From an uncultured delta proteobacterium (GTDB taxonomy: Bacteria > Myxococcota > Myxococcia > Myxococcales > Myxococcaceae), in the NCBI GenBank assembly GCA_963771175.1, contig CAVYSY010000006.1, positions 96,001 to 160,000 on the forward strand: a stretch of 64,000 nucleotides of DNA, given 5' to 3'. Below the pieces are notes generated by a model. That model did no database searches. It had not been told where the DNA came from and saw nothing but the letters and a program-made list of their open reading frames with translations. The translations under genes were made by a program, and so were the position numbers. Below, one piece after another: positions 53,636 to 63,338 of this stretch (within the stretch, counting starts at the first letter, position 1; each line of letters begins with the position of its first letter).

Positions 53636-55075
53636 ATGCCTATGAGCTCGGTGCTCGATGCGGTCGTGGTGGGCGCGGGCCCCAATGGGCTCGCCGCCGC
53701 CATCTCCCTCGCGCGCGCGGGCCGCTCGGTGCGGGTGCTCGAGGCCGGCCCCACTCCCGGTGGCGGCGCGCGCTCGGCCGAGCTCACCCTCCCCGGCTTC
53801 GTCCACGACGTCTGCTCCGCCATCCACCCGCTCGCCGCCGCCTCCCCCTTCTTCCGGCAGCTCCCGCTCGACGCCCACGGGCTGGAGTGGGTGCAGCCGG
53901 ACGCCCCGCTCGCTCACCCGCTGGACAATGGCACCGCCGCCCTCCTGGAGCGCGGCATCGAGGCCACCGCCCAGGGACTCGGGCCCGACGCCGAGCGCTA
54001 TGTGACGTGGATGCGCCCCATGGTGCGCGCCTTCGACGACGTGATGGCGCAGCTCGGCGACCCGCTGCACGTGCCCCACCGCCCGATTCGACTCGCCCGC
54101 TTCGGCCTGCGCGCGATGCGCCCCGCGCGCTCGCTCGCCGAGGGTATCTTCCGCGGCCCCCTGGCACGCGCCCTCTTCGCCGGCTGCGCCGCCCACTCCT
54201 TCTCCGCCCTCGAGCGCCCCTTCACCTCCGCCTCCGGCATCCTCCTGCTCGCCTCGGGCCACGCCGTGGGCTGGCCGTTTCCCCGCGGGGGCACGCAGAA
54301 GCTCACCGATGCGCTCGTCAGCTACCTGCGCGCGCTCGGCGGCGAGGTGGTGACGGGGCACCGCGTGCACAACGTGGACGAGTTACCACGCTCGCGCGCC
54401 GTACTGCTCGACGTGACGCCCGCGCAGGTGGTGAAGCTCGCCGGCCACCGGCTGCCCCCGGACTACGTGGAGAAGCTCCGGCGCTTCCGCTACGGGCCCG
54501 GCGTCTTCAAGGTGGACTGGGCCCTCTCCGGCCCCATTCCGTGGCGCGCCGCCGGGTGCGCCCGCGCCGGCACCGTGCACCTCGGAGGCTCGCTGGAGGA
54601 GATTTCCGCCAGCGAGGCCGCGATTGCCCGCGGCGAGGCCCCCGAGCGTCCGTATGTCCTCCTGGCCCAGCACACGCTGTTCGATGACAGCCGCGCCCCC
54701 TCGGGCCAGCACACCGGGTGGGCCTACTGCCATGTGCCCAATGGCTCCACCGTGGACATGACGGAGCGGATTGAAGCCCAGGTCGAGCGCTACGCCCCCG
54801 GCTTCCGCGAGCGCATCCTCGCCCGGCACACGCGCTCGCCCGAGCAGTACGAGGCCTACAACGCCAACTGCATCGGCGGGGACATCTCCGGCGGCTCGAT
54901 GGAAGGGCTGCAATTGCTGGCACGCCCCGTGGCGCGCCTTGTCCCATACGCCACGCCGGACCCACGCCTCTACCTCTGCTCCTCCTCCACCCCGCCCATG
55001 CCCGGGGTGCATGGGCTGTGTGGCTTCCTCGCCGCGCGGGCCCTGCTCGCCAGCGAGGTGTGGCGCAAGGGCTGA
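53636..55075 (+). CDS. Phytoene desaturase-family FAD oxidoreductase
   Basis: VVVGAGPNGL, HDVCSAIHP and STPP..GVHG. Confidence 0.92.
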   Translation: MPMSSVLDAVVVGAGPNGLAAAISLARAGRSVRVLEAGPTPGGGARSAELTLPGFVHDVCSAIHPLAAASPFFRQLPLDAHGLEWVQPDAPLAHPLDNGTAALLERGIEATAQGLGPDAERYVTWMRPMVRAFDDVMAQLGDPLHVPHRPIRLARFGLRAMRPARSLAEGIFRGPLARALFAGCAAHSFSALERPFTSASGILLLASGHAVGWPFPRGGTQKLTDALVSYLRALGGEVVTGHRVHNVDELPRSRAVLLDVTPAQVVKLAGHRLPPDYVEKLRRFRYGPGVFKVDWALSGPIPWRAAGCARAGTVHLGGSLEEISASEAAIARGEAPERPYVLLAQHTLFDDSRAPSGQHTGWAYCHVPNGSTVDMTERIEAQVERYAPGFRERILARHTRSPEQYEAYNANCIGGDISGGSMEGLQLLARPVARLVPYATPDPRLYLCSSSTPPMPGVHGLCGFLAARALLASEVWRKG

Positions 55076-55209
55076 GTCCTGTCAGGAAATCCCTCGGTCC
55101 TCGTCATCGCCACGTGGGACTCGAGGGAATGGATGCGGCTCGCGCGGATGCCCTGATGGATAAAGAAGCTCGAGCTGACGAGCATAGGGGAGCTCGATGC
55201 GTGGGTGGG

Positions 55210-57399
55210 TCACGGTCCGTAGGTGATGAGGTCTCCCCGGAGGTGCGCTGACTTGAGGCGCTCGCGGATGCCCGCCGAGGAGGTGCCCTTGCTGGCCTCC
55301 TTCACGATGAGCCAGTACATGCCGTGCGGGTACAGCTCGAGGGCCTGCCCCGGGGCGAGGCTGCCGGAGAGCTCCTGCATCAGGGAGGCGGTGGAGCCCT
55401 TCGCCTTCTCTGGAGCGACTCCACCGAGGGTCACCGCTTCGCCCTCCACGGCCAGCAGCACACGCGTCAGGTCCTTGATGTTGCGGGCCGTGAAGGAGGG
55501 AGGCAGCCGCGGCTCCTTTGGGACAAGGGCCGCCACCTCGGCCTTCGGGCGCTCGGCCGCCACCAGCTCGAACGCGACCTGCGTCTCCTTGCCACCCGTC
55601 ACCTGCACGTCGCGCGTCTGAGGGACGTACCCCTCCGCGCTGACGCGTACCTCGTGCCTGCCCTCCGCGAGCGAGCGGAGCTGCACCGGCGTCCGTCCCA
55701 CGCTCCGCTCGTCGACGAAGGCTTCGCCCTCGGGCAGCGAGGTGAGGGTGAGGCTTCCCTCACGCGCCTGCTCGGCGGGCTTCTCCGGTGGCTTCTCCGC
55801 CTCGGCGGGTGTGGCCGCGGGGGGGCTCGTCCGCGAGCCGTGCCTGGGCGGCTCCGCTGACTTCCGCTCGCGAAGGCTGGCTTCGCGCGCCCGGGTGATG
55901 AGCGCCTGTGCCTCGGCGTCGTCCGGGTTGACGTCCAGCGCTTCCTTCGCGGCCTGGATGGCGCCGCGGGTGTCCCCGGCCTTGAGCAGCGCCTGCGCCC
56001 GCTGGAGCGCGAGGTCGCGGGTGAGGCGGTCCTCCAGCCTCGTGATGAGGATGTCCAGGTTGGCATCCCTGACACCTGCGCTCTTCGCCTTGGCCACCAG
56101 CTCGAGCGCGTGCTTGAAGCGGTTCTCACCTGCCATGCGCTCAGCCTCGGCGAGGTAGGTTCGGGCCGCGTCGGCCGCCTGGGCGGACTCTTCCCGCGGC
56201 GGGCGCACCGGCAGGGTGAGCGTGGGCGGAGTCGGCCGCAGGGGAAGGGGCTGCTCGGTGTGTCCGGACAGGAGGTAGGCCACGGCGGCGAGGGCCAGCA
56301 GGAGGAGTACCGCCATTGCGCCCAGCGCCACCTTGAGCCCGGGGCTCAGGAGGGCCGTTTCCCTCGCGGGCCCGTCCAAGGGAGAGGCCGGCGAGGCCGG
56401 CGGCCGCTGGAGCGTGGCCGAGAGGCCGGAGGCCTCATGGGCCCGAGGGACCGCGGAGTCAGCCTCGAAGTCGGGCAGCAGCTCGCGGATCCACGCGGCC
56501 AGGGCCTTGGTGCTCGAGGCGTACGGCCCCTGCGCGGCGAAGGCCTCGAGCGCCTCCTGGAGCGCCTGGCAGTCCGGGCAGCGCTTCTCGAGGTCCTGCT
56601 CCATCGCCCACAGGACGATGCGCTCGAGCTCGGGCGGGTAGCCGGGGAGCAGCTCGCTCGGCCTGGGGAACCGGCCTTCCAGGACCGCGGCGAGGACCTG
56701 GACCTCGGACTCGCCATCGAAAGGGAGGACGCCGGTGGTGGCGGCATAGAGACAGACACCCACCGCGTAGACATCCGCCCGGCGGTCGAGGGTGCCGTCC
56801 TGGGCCCGTATCTGCTCCGGCGCCATGTACCGCAACTTGCCCTTGAGGGTCCCCGTGGCCGTGGTGCTCAGCCGCCCTCGGGCCTTGGCCACGCCGAAGT
56901 CGAGCAGCTTGGGCATGCCGTCGAGCGTGACCACCACGTTCTGCGGGCTGACGTCCCGGTGCACGATGCCCAGCGGCTGACCCTGGGCGTCGACCGCGTC
57001 GTGCGCGTAGGCGAGCCCCGCGCACACGCCCGCGTATGCCTTCGCGAAGTGCCCCCACGCGGGCGCGAGCCGCTCGCGTCCTTGCACCCTGTCCATCAAC
57101 AGCGAGACCGGGGGGCCGCGCACATACTCCATCGCGATGAAGGGCACGCCGTCTGCTTGGTCAATCTCGTAGATCTGGACGATGTTCGGGTGGTTGAGAT
57201 TGGCGGCGATGCGCGCCTCGTCCAGGAACATCTTCACGAAGCTCGGATCGCCCGCCAGGTGAGGGAGGATCCGTTTGACGACGACCACCTTGTCGAACCC
57301 GCCGATGCCCGAGAGGCGGCACTTGAAGACCTCCGCCATGCCGCCCGCGCCCACGCGCTGCAGCACGGTGTATTTCCCTATTCTGGCGGCGGTGCTCAA
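55210..57399 (-). CDS. Ser/Thr protein kinase with TM, TPR-like and PEGA domains
   Basis: GAGGMAEV, VVKR, HRDVSPQN, DFG and YMAPEQ; PEGA SLPEGEAFVD...GRTP. Confidence 0.95.
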   Translation of the reverse strand: MSTAARIGKYTVLQRVGAGGMAEVFKCRLSGIGGFDKVVVVKRILPHLAGDPSFVKMFLDEARIAANLNHPNIVQIYEIDQADGVPFIAMEYVRGPPVSLLMDRVQGRERLAPAWGHFAKAYAGVCAGLAYAHDAVDAQGQPLGIVHRDVSPQNVVVTLDGMPKLLDFGVAKARGRLSTTATGTLKGKLRYMAPEQIRAQDGTLDRRADVYAVGVCLYAATTGVLPFDGESEVQVLAAVLEGRFPRPSELLPGYPPELERIVLWAMEQDLEKRCPDCQALQEALEAFAAQGPYASSTKALAAWIRELLPDFEADSAVPRAHEASGLSATLQRPPASPASPLDGPARETALLSPGLKVALGAMAVLLLLALAAVAYLLSGHTEQPLPLRPTPPTLTLPVRPPREESAQAADAARTYLAEAERMAGENRFKHALELVAKAKSAGVRDANLDILITRLEDRLTRDLALQRAQALLKAGDTRGAIQAAKEALDVNPDDAEAQALITRAREASLRERKSAEPPRHGSRTSPPAATPAEAEKPPEKPAEQAREGSLTLTSLPEGEAFVDERSVGRTPVQLRSLAEGRHEVRVSAEGYVPQTRDVQVTGGKETQVAFELVAAERPKAEVAALVPKEPRLPPSFTARNIKDLTRVLLAVEGEAVTLGGVAPEKAKGSTASLMQELSGSLAPGQALELYPHGMYWLIVKEASKGTSSAGIRERLKSAHLRGDLITYGP

Positions 57400-57426
57400 A
57401 GTCGGTTTCCCATCGGTCGGTGCGCG

Positions 57427-58647
57427 TCAGAAGGAGACGGCCACCATGACCTCGAAGGCGGGGGGGGCGCTCTCTTCGGCCGGGTTGAGCGGCTGGGCCA
57501 CCTCGGCGCGGAGGTTCCACAGGCTGGAGGGCGCGTAGCCGACCGAGCCGACGAGCTGCCGCCGGGTGGACGGGGCGCCGCTGGCGGGACGGGTCTGTGC
57601 CCAGTCCCAGCGGGCCGCGACGTTGAAGCGCCCGAACCGATACGTCGCCTGCGCGTAGAGGCCCCGCTCGAAGAGGGACTCGAAGGGCGCCTCGTCCGGG
57701 CCGAAAAAGGACTGGCCCGCCTCGCCGCGCAGCAGCAGGGCCCCCAGCTTCAGGGAGGCGTCCACCACCACCATCGAGAGCCGCTCACGCCCCGCCGCGT
57801 CCACCGCGCCTGTATAGCCAGACAGCCCGAAGCTGGCGGCGCCATACTCCCGGTCGCGCAGGAGCCCGAGCCCGACGCGCCCGCCGAAGGCCTTGTCCAG
57901 GTTGTTGTCATTCAACTGGGTGCGCATGCCGCGGACGACCTCGGGCTCGGACCCAAAGTCCGGCCCGCCGGCCAGGCCATTGACCACATAGACGGCGTAC
58001 TCGAGCGTCATCCCCGGGCGGGGGAACATGCTGCCTCGGAGCTGGAGGCCGGTGTCGCTCCAAACGGAAGGGATGACCTCGCGGAACATCAACGGCCGGG
58101 TGGCCATGTTCCAGCGGAAGGAGGGGTGCAGTACCTCGTTGAACTGGCCGATGGGCATCAGGAACCGGCCCACGCGGAGCGTCAGCGCGCGGCTGAGCTC
58201 GAAGTCGACGATCAGGTACTCGGCCAGGAAGGACCCCGGCTCGAACTCCAGCTCCAGCTCCGCGGAGAGGTGCTCGCCGAAGCGCGCCAGCAGGATGGGA
58301 TTGAAGTGCGAGGCACTGAAGGTCGCCGACCTTCCGCCTTCGACGTGGAACAGGATGTCGCCATAACCGGACCAGAGGGTCTCCAGGCCCAGGGCCGAGA
58401 GCGCCTCGCCGAAGCTGTCCGGCTGCTCGAGCAGATTCTTCCCCTCGGGCGCGGGGGGCTCGGCCTCAGACTCGTTCGCTCCGCCCTCCGGCTCACCCGG
58501 GAGATCCTCCTCCAGATTGGCTGCCGCGGGCGCGGTGCGGGCCTCCTGGCTCCCCGGCGGTGGCTCCTCCGCCCCTGCTGGCTGGGCAAGGAGGAGGAGA
58601 TAGACCGCCCCGAGCGGAAGGAGCCGGCATGGGAGTTGTCGCTTCAT
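57427..58647 (-). CDS. Outer-membrane porin-like beta-barrel
   Basis: Signal peptide, ELEFE, GRFLMPIG, DNNLDKAFGGRVG and a terminal SF. Confidence 0.8.
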   Translation of the reverse strand: MKRQLPCRLLPLGAVYLLLLAQPAGAEEPPPGSQEARTAPAAANLEEDLPGEPEGGANESEAEPPAPEGKNLLEQPDSFGEALSALGLETLWSGYGDILFHVEGGRSATFSASHFNPILLARFGEHLSAELELEFEPGSFLAEYLIVDFELSRALTLRVGRFLMPIGQFNEVLHPSFRWNMATRPLMFREVIPSVWSDTGLQLRGSMFPRPGMTLEYAVYVVNGLAGGPDFGSEPEVVRGMRTQLNDNNLDKAFGGRVGLGLLRDREYGAASFGLSGYTGAVDAAGRERLSMVVVDASLKLGALLLRGEAGQSFFGPDEAPFESLFERGLYAQATYRFGRFNVAARWDWAQTRPASGAPSTRRQLVGSVGYAPSSLWNLRAEVAQPLNPAEESAPPAFEVMVAVSF

Positions 58648-58787
58648 GGATGAAGAGTCCCGGAGCAGCTCCGCCTTCCCGGTGGCGTGGGATTCTACTG
58701 GCGCGGGGAGAAATAGGAAGGACGAGTGCCTCGCACGGGTGCCCTCGGAGGGCGCGCCGCCCCCGGGCAGGATGTCCGGGCTCCGAT

Positions 58788-58992
58788 CAGGGTGTCAGAC
58801 GACTCGTAGGGGGCGAGGTGTCCGGGCAGGGTGTCGGGCAGGGTGTCCGGGCAGGGTGTCAGACGACTCGTAGGGGGCGAGGTGTCCGGGCAGGGTGTCA
58901 GACGACTCGTAGGGGGCGAGGTGTCGGAACGAGTCCTTTGACACCTTCCCGGAGGACACCTTCCCGGAGAACGAGTCCTTTGACACCTTCCC
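58788..58992. repeat. REP/BIME-like cluster of direct and inverted repeats
   Basis: Three copies of CAGGGTGTCAGACGACTCGTAGGGGGCGAGGTGTC, then two copies of GAACGAGTCCTTTGACACCTTCCC (inverted variant of the same core). Confidence 0.85.
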
Positions 58993-59189
58993 AGGCGGCG
59001 AAGAGCACCCCGGGGACCGCACGTTCCCACCGGGAGGGAACCTCTGCGTCGTCCGTCACAAATGATGGCTCCAAGGCCTCGGAATCCCTGGGTTTTCCCG
59101 GTGCTGCGTCTTTTGCTGGATGGAGGGACGTGGCGCCCGCGGCTACTCCAGATGGCGAAGTGAAAAGAAAAAGGAAAAGGAGACCCGCC

Positions 59190-59705
59190 ATGTCGAACCT
59201 CCCCCTACATCCCGCCCTGGTCCATCTGCCGCTGGGGCTCGCTTTCATCCTCCCCCTGCTGGCGCTGGGGCTCACCATCGCCGCGCTGCGCGGCAAGTGG
59301 TCCCCCGGTGGCTGGGCCGTGGTGGTGGCCTTGTTGCTCTCGGTCGTGGGCGGCGGACTGGCCTCCATCCAGACGGGCGAGCGGGAGGAGGAGCGCGTGG
59401 AGCGCATCGTCCCCGAGTCCGCCATCGAGCGGCACGAGGAGCTCGCGGAGGCCTTCGTCTGGACCTCGGGTGCCGTGCTGGCGCTCGCGCTCGGGGCGCT
59501 CGTCTTGAAGAAGGAGGGCATTCGCCGGGGGCTCGCCGTGGGCGTGACGGCCGGCTCGCTGGCCATGGTGGTCCTGGCGGTGCTGACCGGCGAGGCGGGG
59601 GGTGAGCTGGTGTACAGGCACGGTGCCGCCTCGGCCTACGTCTCCGCGCAGCCCGGCGCGGGCCCTTCCGCTGGCGCCCCCGCTGGAAGCGTCGACGACG
59701 ACTGA
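59190..59705 (+). CDS. DUF2231-like membrane protein
   Basis: HPALVHLP, IERHEELA and GGELVYRHG; four TMs. Confidence 0.8.
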   Translation: MSNLPLHPALVHLPLGLAFILPLLALGLTIAALRGKWSPGGWAVVVALLLSVVGGGLASIQTGEREEERVERIVPESAIERHEELAEAFVWTSGAVLALALGALVLKKEGIRRGLAVGVTAGSLAMVVLAVLTGEAGGELVYRHGAASAYVSAQPGAGPSAGAPAGSVDDD

Positions 59706-59741
59706 CCCCCACAACCCCGCATTCATCCGAAGGAGACCGCT

Positions 59742-60251
59742 ATGTCGAAGCGTGGTGCACTCATCCTGTCCGCCCTCCTCACGGCCTTCATCCTGGTGCT
59801 CGCCGGAGGCGTGATGACGCGAGTCGTTTCCGCCAGCGCCCCCCCGGCCGAGCCCACGCCTCCTCCTCTCCCCACCCAGGAGGCCCGGCCTTCCTCCGCG
59901 AGCGAGCGGGAGCCAGTGCGGCCCGCCCCTTCGCCCGGTGCGGCCCTGACGCCGGAGCAGGCCCTGGCCATCGCCTCGAGCTTCCTCCCGGGAGCCACCG
60001 CGGCTGGCACTCCGGAGCTGGTCTCCCTCAAGGGGACGCTCGCCTACGAGGTCCGGCTGGACCGTGGCCCCGTGTACCTCGACGCGAGCAATGGCCGGCT
60101 GCTCCAGGACGGCACGCGCCGGACCGCGTCACCCGGGAAGCGCTGGGAGGACGACGATGACGACGAGGAGGAGCACGAGCACCCGGAGCATTCCCGGCAC
60201 CGGGAGCACCGGGAGCATGCCTCCGAGCGTCGTGAACACGAGGATGTCTGA
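59742..60251 (+). CDS. PepSY-domain protein with an acidic/His-rich tail
   Basis: LTPEQALAIA...AYEV...VYLDASNG; tail DDDDDEEEHEHPEHSRHREH. Confidence 0.8.
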   Translation: MSKRGALILSALLTAFILVLAGGVMTRVVSASAPPAEPTPPPLPTQEARPSSASEREPVRPAPSPGAALTPEQALAIASSFLPGATAAGTPELVSLKGTLAYEVRLDRGPVYLDASNGRLLQDGTRRTASPGKRWEDDDDDEEEHEHPEHSRHREHREHASERREHEDV

Positions 60252-60269
60252 GCGGCGGGAGGAATCCCC

Positions 60270-60548
60270 ATGAAACCGTCCACCCCATCGCGAGCGCCGG
60301 ACCGCTCGCTTCTCGAGGTGAAGGTGCTGCTCACCGTCGCATCCGTGGCGGCGATGGTGGGCGGCTGGGCCTGGCTGACGCTCGGTGAGGAGCGCGGACT
60401 GCCCGCGGCCGAGGTGCGTCCGGTGAGCACCCCGTCCGAGCCCATTCCGGTTGCCGTCACCGGTGCGTCCCCGCCTCCTCCCAGCGTGCGCGCCGTCCGT
60501 GCCGTGCGGCGCCCTCGCCCGGTGACGTTCACTCGCTCGTCGCGCTGA
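60270..60548 (+). CDS. Small single-TM protein, candidate flavinylation substrate
   Basis: TM segment, Pro-rich linker containing VTGAS and C-terminal TRSSR. Confidence 0.6.
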   Translation: MKPSTPSRAPDRSLLEVKVLLTVASVAAMVGGWAWLTLGEERGLPAAEVRPVSTPSEPIPVAVTGASPPPPSVRAVRAVRRPRPVTFTRSSR

Positions 60549-60558
60549 GGTGCGGGCC

Positions 60559-61457
60559 ATGAAGCGGATCCACTTTCGCGCGATGGGCAGCGAGGTGATG
60601 GGGGCCATCGACTCGGACTCGGTGGCCGCGGCCCGGCGGCTGGAGCTGTTGCCAGAGTGGTTCCGCGAGCGCGAGCTGCGGTTGAGCCGCTTCCTCCCGG
60701 ACAGCGAGCTGAGCCAGCTCAACGCCGCCGCGGGCCGTCCGTATCGCGCCGGCCCGGTGCTGTGGGACGCGGTCGGCGCGGCCCTGGAGGCGGCGCGCTG
60801 GAGCGAGGGGCTCGTCACTCCGACCGTGCTCGACGCGCTGGAGCGCGCGGGCTACGACCGGAGCTTCGAGCGGTTGGCCGGCACGGGCGGGCAGGGGACT
60901 GGCGCGGGGTGGAGAGGGATGAGCCGACGCGGTCCATCCGGCTCCCCGTTGGCGTGCGGCTCGACCTGGGCGGCACGGCCAAGGGAGGAACGGCGGATGC
61001 CGCGGCGAGGTGGCTCTCCGAGGAGGGTCCCGCCCTGGTGGATGCGGGAGGGGACGTGGCGGTGAGTGGCCCTCTCGGCGATGGACAGCCCTGGGCCATT
61101 GGAGTGGCGGACCCGCGCCCTCCGGAGCGTGAGCTCGCGCTGCTGCTGCTCGACGGGGGAGGGGTGGCCACGTCGGGGAGGGACCATCGCCGCTGGCTCC
61201 ACGGCGGGCAGTGGAATCACCACCTCATTGAGCCACGCACCGGACAGCCGGCCCGGACGGACGTGCTCGCCGCCACCGTCATCGCGGGCTCCGCGAGCCA
61301 GGCGGAGATTGCCGCCAAGGTGGCCCTGCTTCGGGGCTCTCGCGAGGGGCTGGCCTGGTTGGAGTCACGGCCCGGATTGGCGGGCCTGCTGGTGCTCGAC
61401 GACGGCACGGTGCTCCGGAGCCGCGGACTCGAACGCTTCCTATGGGAGGAACCATGA
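60559..61457 (+). CDS. apbE: FAD:protein FMN transferase; frameshift near 60915
   Basis: FRAMGS, LSRFLPDSELSQLN, LDLGGTAKG, DAGGD, VATSG and HHLIEPRTG. Confidence 0.9.
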
Positions 61458-62161
61458 ACGCTCAGCGACACCCGAATCCCGCCGGGGAGGCGCTTCCGCC
61501 TCCTCTGCCACTCTCCACCCTCGTGCTCCTGCTGGCCGCCATTGGCCTCGGCGCGGGCGCGGCGCTCCTGGTGCTCCCCACGTGGGTGCCCGGGCTCGGC
61601 GCGTCGCTCGCCGGACCGGAGCCGCGGGCCTTCTGGTATCTCTCGCGAGCCAGCGCCTTCGTGGCCCTGGGCCTGTCGTGGCTCTCGATGGTGCTCGGCC
61701 TGCTGATGACCAACAAGCTGGCGCGCGTATGGCCCGGGGGTCCGGCGGCCTTCGAGCTGCACGAGTACGCCAGCCTCCTGGGGCTCGTCTTCTCGCTCTT
61801 CCACGCGCTGGTGCTGCTGGGGGACCGGTACATGGAGCTCACGCTGGCGCGGCTGCTGCTGCCTTTCGCCAGCTCCGACTACCGGCCGGTCTGGGTTGGC
61901 CTGGGCCAGGTGTGCCTCTACCTGCTGGCGCTGGTGGCGTTCAGCTTCCAGCTCCGCAAGGAGATCGGCCACCGGGCCTGGCGGCTCATCCACTTCGCCA
62001 GCTTCGCGGTGTTCGTGCTCGCGCTGGTGCACGGGTTCTCCAGCGGGACGGACAGTGGAGGGCCCTGGGCGCGCGGGTTCTACCTGGCCGCCGGGGGCAG
62101 CGTGGTGTTCCTCAGTCTGTATCGGCTTCTCACCGCGCGAGGCTCCCCCAAGGCGCGTTGA
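61454..62161 (+). CDS. Ferric reductase-like (MsrQ-type) transmembrane protein
   Basis: WYLSRAS, ELHE, LFHAL, WRLIH and LVHG (heme-ligand His pattern). Confidence 0.85.
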   Translation: MNAQRHPNPAGEALPPPLPLSTLVLLLAAIGLGAGAALLVLPTWVPGLGASLAGPEPRAFWYLSRASAFVALGLSWLSMVLGLLMTNKLARVWPGGPAAFELHEYASLLGLVFSLFHALVLLGDRYMELTLARLLLPFASSDYRPVWVGLGQVCLYLLALVAFSFQLRKEIGHRAWRLIHFASFAVFVLALVHGFSSGTDSGGPWARGFYLAAGGSVVFLSLYRLLTARGSPKAR

Positions 62162-62650
62162 CCGGGGGACCCCACTGGCCCCCAAGTCATTCCGAGGACT
62201 TGAGGGTGATGGAGGAAGAAACCCGCCGCGGCGGGCGTTGTCCCAGAGGATGGCGATGAGGACCGCTCATCGTCGTGAACCGAGGATCGCCGAGATGCGC
62301 ACGTTGCCACTCCCAGCCCCCGACAGGAATGAGACGTCCCGGGCCGGGCTGCGTCGGCGCTCGTGCGTGCGCCACAGGGCCGCGGCCTGGCTCCTCTTCC
62401 GCACCGCGGCGCCTCTCGTCTAGAGGCATCAGCGGTCGTTGAGCGACGAAGAGTCCTCGTCTGGCACGCCCTCGATGCCGGTCCATGTCGGGACCCGCAT
62501 TCCCCTCTTCCCCATGTTCCCCTCGCGCGCCCACGGGCCGGAGTTCTGGCCTGTCCCGCCGGTCTCCGCGCGGAGCGCACGCGGGAGACGTGGGGCCCGG
62601 GCGCCGCCGGATGAGCCGAGCCGGATTCCAACGGTGGAAAGGAGGTTGTC

Positions 62651-63091
62651 ATGCGGGTGCGAGACGTGATGGTGCGAGGTGTGGCCGTGGTCCGGCCAGA
62701 GACGGGCTTCCGCGAGGCGGTGGCGCGGATGAGGCAGTCCCAGTGCCCTCTCCTCGTCGTGGGGGACGGGCACTCCGTCCACGGCCTCGTGACGACGCGA
62801 GAGCTGGTGCTGGGTGCCGAGGCGTGGGCTCAGGGCTACCCCATCCATGGAGTGGGGGACGTCGTGAGCCTCAACTTCATCTTCACCCACGAAGGCGAGG
62901 CGGTGGCGGAGTTGGTGCGGCGAATGGTTCACGCGGGAGCGCGGCGGGCCATCGTCGTCGACGGGGAGATGCGCGCGGTGGGCGTGGTCTCGCCCCGGGA
63001 ACTGGCGAGGCCCGATGAGGTCGGTCGGGCCTCGGAGGACTCCTTCCCCGCCAGTGAGGCCCCGTCCTGGACGGGCGCCACGGAGGGGTGA
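62651..63091 (+). CDS. CBS-domain protein
   Basis: GGAGG RBS; VRDVM...; C-terminal ASEDSFPASEAPSWT. Confidence 0.75.
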   Translation: MRVRDVMVRGVAVVRPETGFREAVARMRQSQCPLLVVGDGHSVHGLVTTRELVLGAEAWAQGYPIHGVGDVVSLNFIFTHEGEAVAELVRRMVHAGARRAIVVDGEMRAVGVVSPRELARPDEVGRASEDSFPASEAPSWTGATEG

Positions 63092-63338
63092 CGCGTGGCC
63101 CGAAGACGAGCGGACGTGGCTCTTCCACCTCTGGCACGGGGACTACTCGCGTTGCATCCGGCACGTCCTCCGGGACACGAGCTGGCCCGCGAGGTTTCCA
63201 CCATCGAGCACCGCTACGAGCTACCCGCGGTGGACAGCCGCCAGCGGGTCCGTGGCGCCATCGCCCATCGGTACGCGCTCCCGGCCTGAGGCGAGGAGGC
63301 CCGCGGCCAGGTGGGCCTCCTCCTGGGAGTGTCTTGAA

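Noticed and set aside
58788..58992. Possible CRISPR array
   Set aside because: There are no unique spacers, the units abut or invert, and no cas genes are present.
63095..63289. Short ORF ending AIAHRYALPA
   Set aside because: It may be a gene remnant, but I cannot assign a family or a credible start.
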